From assembly GCA_001683895.1 (NCBI GenBank), contig LXQJ01000020.1, positions 28,521-92,520 on the forward strand: 64,000 nt of DNA, read 5' to 3'. The position numbers were made by a program, and so were the translations under genes. The notes under the pieces were generated by a model. It saw nothing but the letters and a program-made list of their open reading frames with translations, made no database searches and was not told where the DNA came from. Source of the DNA: Luteimonas sp. ANT-B3E (lineage in GTDB: Bacteria > Pseudomonadota > Gammaproteobacteria > Xanthomonadales > Xanthomonadaceae). Shown here piece after piece: positions 61,976 through 64,000 of this stretch (its first letter is position 1; every line of letters begins with the position of its first letter).

Positions 61976-62965
61976 ATGTCGCTCGATGTCGTCGTCGTGA
62001 TGGACCCGATCGAGTCCATCTCGATCGCCAAGGATTCGACCTTCGCGATGCTGCTGGAGGCGCAACGGCGCGGGCATCGCCTGCACTACGTGCTTCCCGG
62101 CGGCCTTGCGATGCGCGACGGCGTCGCCGGGGCGCGCATGTCGCCGCTGCGCGTGCGCGACGACCCGCGGGACTGGTTCGAACTGGAACCGCCGTCACGC
62201 CGCGCGCTCGGCGCGGGCGACGTGGTGCTGATGCGCAAGGATCCGCCGTTCGACGCCGACTTCCTGCATGACACCCAGATCCTCGGCGTCGCCCAGCGCG
62301 CCGGCGCCAACGTGGTCAACGATCCGCAGGGACTGCGCGACCTCAACGAGAAGCTCGCCGCGCTCGACTTCCCGCAGTGCTGCCCTCCCACGCTCGTCAG
62401 CCGCCACGCGCCCTCTCTCAAGGCCTTCGTGCAGGAGCACGGCCACGCGGTGCTGAAGCCGCTGGACGGCATGGGCGGACGCTCGATCTTCCGCGCCAGT
62501 GCCGGCGACCCCAACGTCAACGTGATTCTGGAGACGCTGACCGCCGGCGGCGCGCACCATGCGATGGCGCAGCGCTACCTGCCGGAGATCGTCGACGGCG
62601 ACAAACGCATCCTGCTGGTCGACGGCGTGCCGGTGGACTATTGCCTGGCCCGGATCCCGCAGGGTGACGAGTTCCGCGGCAACCTGGCCGCCGGCGGTCG
62701 GGGCGAGGGCCGGCCGTTGACCGACCGCGACCGCTGGATCGCCGCGCAGGTCGGCCCGGCGATGCATGCACGCGGCATGCGCTTCGTGGGCCTGGACGTG
62801 ATCGGCGACTACCTGACCGAGGTCAACGTCACCAGCCCGACCTGCATCCGCGAGCTCGACGCGCAGTTCGGGCTGAACATCGCCGGGCTGCTGTTCGACG
62901 CGATCGAGGCCGGACAGGCCAGGTCCGCGCCCGCCGAGGCCGGCGGAGCCGCGCCCCCGGCATGA
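61976..62965 (+). CDS. gshB: Glutathione synthetase
   Basis: VMDPI..I...KDST, MRKDPP, NEK, KPLDGMGG, RGNLAAGG, TEVNVTSPT; alternative ATG at 61967. Confidence 0.96.
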   Translation: MSLDVVVVMDPIESISIAKDSTFAMLLEAQRRGHRLHYVLPGGLAMRDGVAGARMSPLRVRDDPRDWFELEPPSRRALGAGDVVLMRKDPPFDADFLHDTQILGVAQRAGANVVNDPQGLRDLNEKLAALDFPQCCPPTLVSRHAPSLKAFVQEHGHAVLKPLDGMGGRSIFRASAGDPNVNVILETLTAGGAHHAMAQRYLPEIVDGDKRILLVDGVPVDYCLARIPQGDEFRGNLAAGGRGEGRPLTDRDRWIAAQVGPAMHARGMRFVGLDVIGDYLTEVNVTSPTCIRELDAQFGLNIAGLLFDAIEAGQARSAPAEAGGAAPPA

Positions 62966-63840
62966 GTGCAGTCGTCGCACCGCCCGGTCCCGACGTCGGC
63001 GAGGGCCAGCGCCTTGGCGCGACGCTCGTGCTGTCGGCGCTGCTGCACGGGCTGCTGGTGCTGGGCGTGGGCTTCACCCTCGACCACCCGGCGCCGGTGC
63101 TGCCGACGCTGGACGTGATCCTGACCGAGAACACCAGCCCGCTGACCCAGAAACAGGCGGATTTCCTGGCCCAGGCCAGCAACCAGGGCGGTGGCGAGGA
63201 CGAGCGGAGCAACCGGCCGCGCGACACCCAGGCCGGTCAGGCGCCTCAACCCGAGCCCGGGGTCGCGCCGCGCGCATTGCGCGCGCAGACGCCGGCCCCG
63301 GCGCCGCCGCCGGAGGCCCGGGTGGTGACCGCGACCCGCGCCGAGCGCAGCGCGCCGGTGCCCGAGGCCACGCCGCGCGTCGACGAGGCGGCGCTGCCGC
63401 CGGGGCGGGAGCGCATCGACCGCGACCTGGCGATGGCACGGCTGGCCGCGGAGATCCACCTGCAGTCCGAGCGCTACGCCAGGCGCCCCAAGCGCAAGTT
63501 CGTCTCCGCCAGCACGCAGGAGTACGTCTACGCCGGATACCTGCGCGCCTGGGTCGACCGCGTGCAGCGGGTCGGCAACCTCAACTATCCCGACGAGGCC
63601 CGGCGCCGCCGTCTCGCCGGAACGCTGGTCATCAGCGTCGCCATCCGCGCCGACGGCAGCGTCGAGCGCGCGGAGGTCATCCAGTCCAGCGGCACGCGCC
63701 TGCTCGACGATGCCGCGCTGCGGATCGCGCGCCTGGCGGAGCCGTATCCGCCCCTGCCCCGCACCGGGGAGAACGTCGACGTGCTCCACGTCACCCGCAC
63801 CTGGAACTTCCTGCCCGGCGGCGAGCTGGTCGACGACTGA
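62962..63840 (+). CDS. TonB-family energy transducer
   Basis: TM helix with SALLH, Pro-rich linker, TonB C-terminal domain (NYPDEA..G.L.ISV.I..DG.V......SSG...LDDAA). Confidence 0.88.
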   Translation: MSAVVAPPGPDVGEGQRLGATLVLSALLHGLLVLGVGFTLDHPAPVLPTLDVILTENTSPLTQKQADFLAQASNQGGGEDERSNRPRDTQAGQAPQPEPGVAPRALRAQTPAPAPPPEARVVTATRAERSAPVPEATPRVDEAALPPGRERIDRDLAMARLAAEIHLQSERYARRPKRKFVSASTQEYVYAGYLRAWVDRVQRVGNLNYPDEARRRRLAGTLVISVAIRADGSVERAEVIQSSGTRLLDDAALRIARLAEPYPPLPRTGENVDVLHVTRTWNFLPGGELVDD

Positions 63841-63853
63841 CGCGCAGCTCGAC

Positions 63854-64000
63854 TCAGAGCCGCTGCCAGCCGATGCCCCCTTCGCGGCGGTAGTAGACGG
63901 CCACCGCACGCGCGTACAGCGACGACGCCTCCACCAGGCCGAATACGCGCCCATCGGCGCTGTTGCCGCGATGGTCGCCTAGCACCAGCGCCTGCCCTGC
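63854..64000 (-). CDS. Signal peptidase I family protein, C-terminal fragment (5' end outside the window)
   Basis: Manual translation AGQALVLGDHRGNSADGRVFGLVEASSLYARAVAVYYRREGGIGWQRL*, matching box E (GDNRxNSxDxRxFG). Confidence 0.8.
   Translation of the reverse strand, partial: AGQALVLGDHRGNSADGRVFGLVEASSLYARAVAVYYRREGGIGWQRL

Overview
High-GC chromosomal segment from a Lysobacteraceae/Xanthomonadales bacterium, with Luteimonas/Lysobacter-like gene content (taxonomy inferred from gene order and protein similarity). It is almost entirely core genome, about 57 CDS. No rRNA, tRNA, CRISPR, IS or prophage was recognised. Gene order: pntA (partial); two tandem DUF1631-like paralogues; nitroreductase, 5'-3' exonuclease, NUDIX; pip, prmC; lipoprotein esterase; ahpD-ahpC divergent from oxyR; msrA; membrane diguanylate cyclase; glnS, deaminase, rlmM; secreted EF-hand protein; two Ubi hydroxylases; btuM-pduO-HDAC; lptD-surA-pdxA-rsmA-apaG-apaH; folA-thyA-lgt; terC, dgkA; exported isoaspartyl peptidase divergent from a subtilase; a lesioned MacAB-type efflux operon; ColRS-like two-component system; DUF962-mazG-cysQ-nudE; bioA-rsmE; Pil-Chp cluster (pilGHIJ-chpABC, no pilK); gshB-tonB; signal peptidase I (partial). 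Most notable: the uncharacterised DUF1631 pair; a riboswitch-less BtuM-PduO-deacetylase operon; a MacA-type adaptor with an apparent Spy/CpxP (LTxxQ)-like insert, in an operon carrying a nonsense codon, a frameshift and motif-breaking substitutions; a Mycobacterium/Legionella-type oxyR/ahpCD divergon with a readable OxyR box; and a degenerate ChpB with a repeat-rich ChpA. All family assignments come from motif recognition by eye; no database searches were run.
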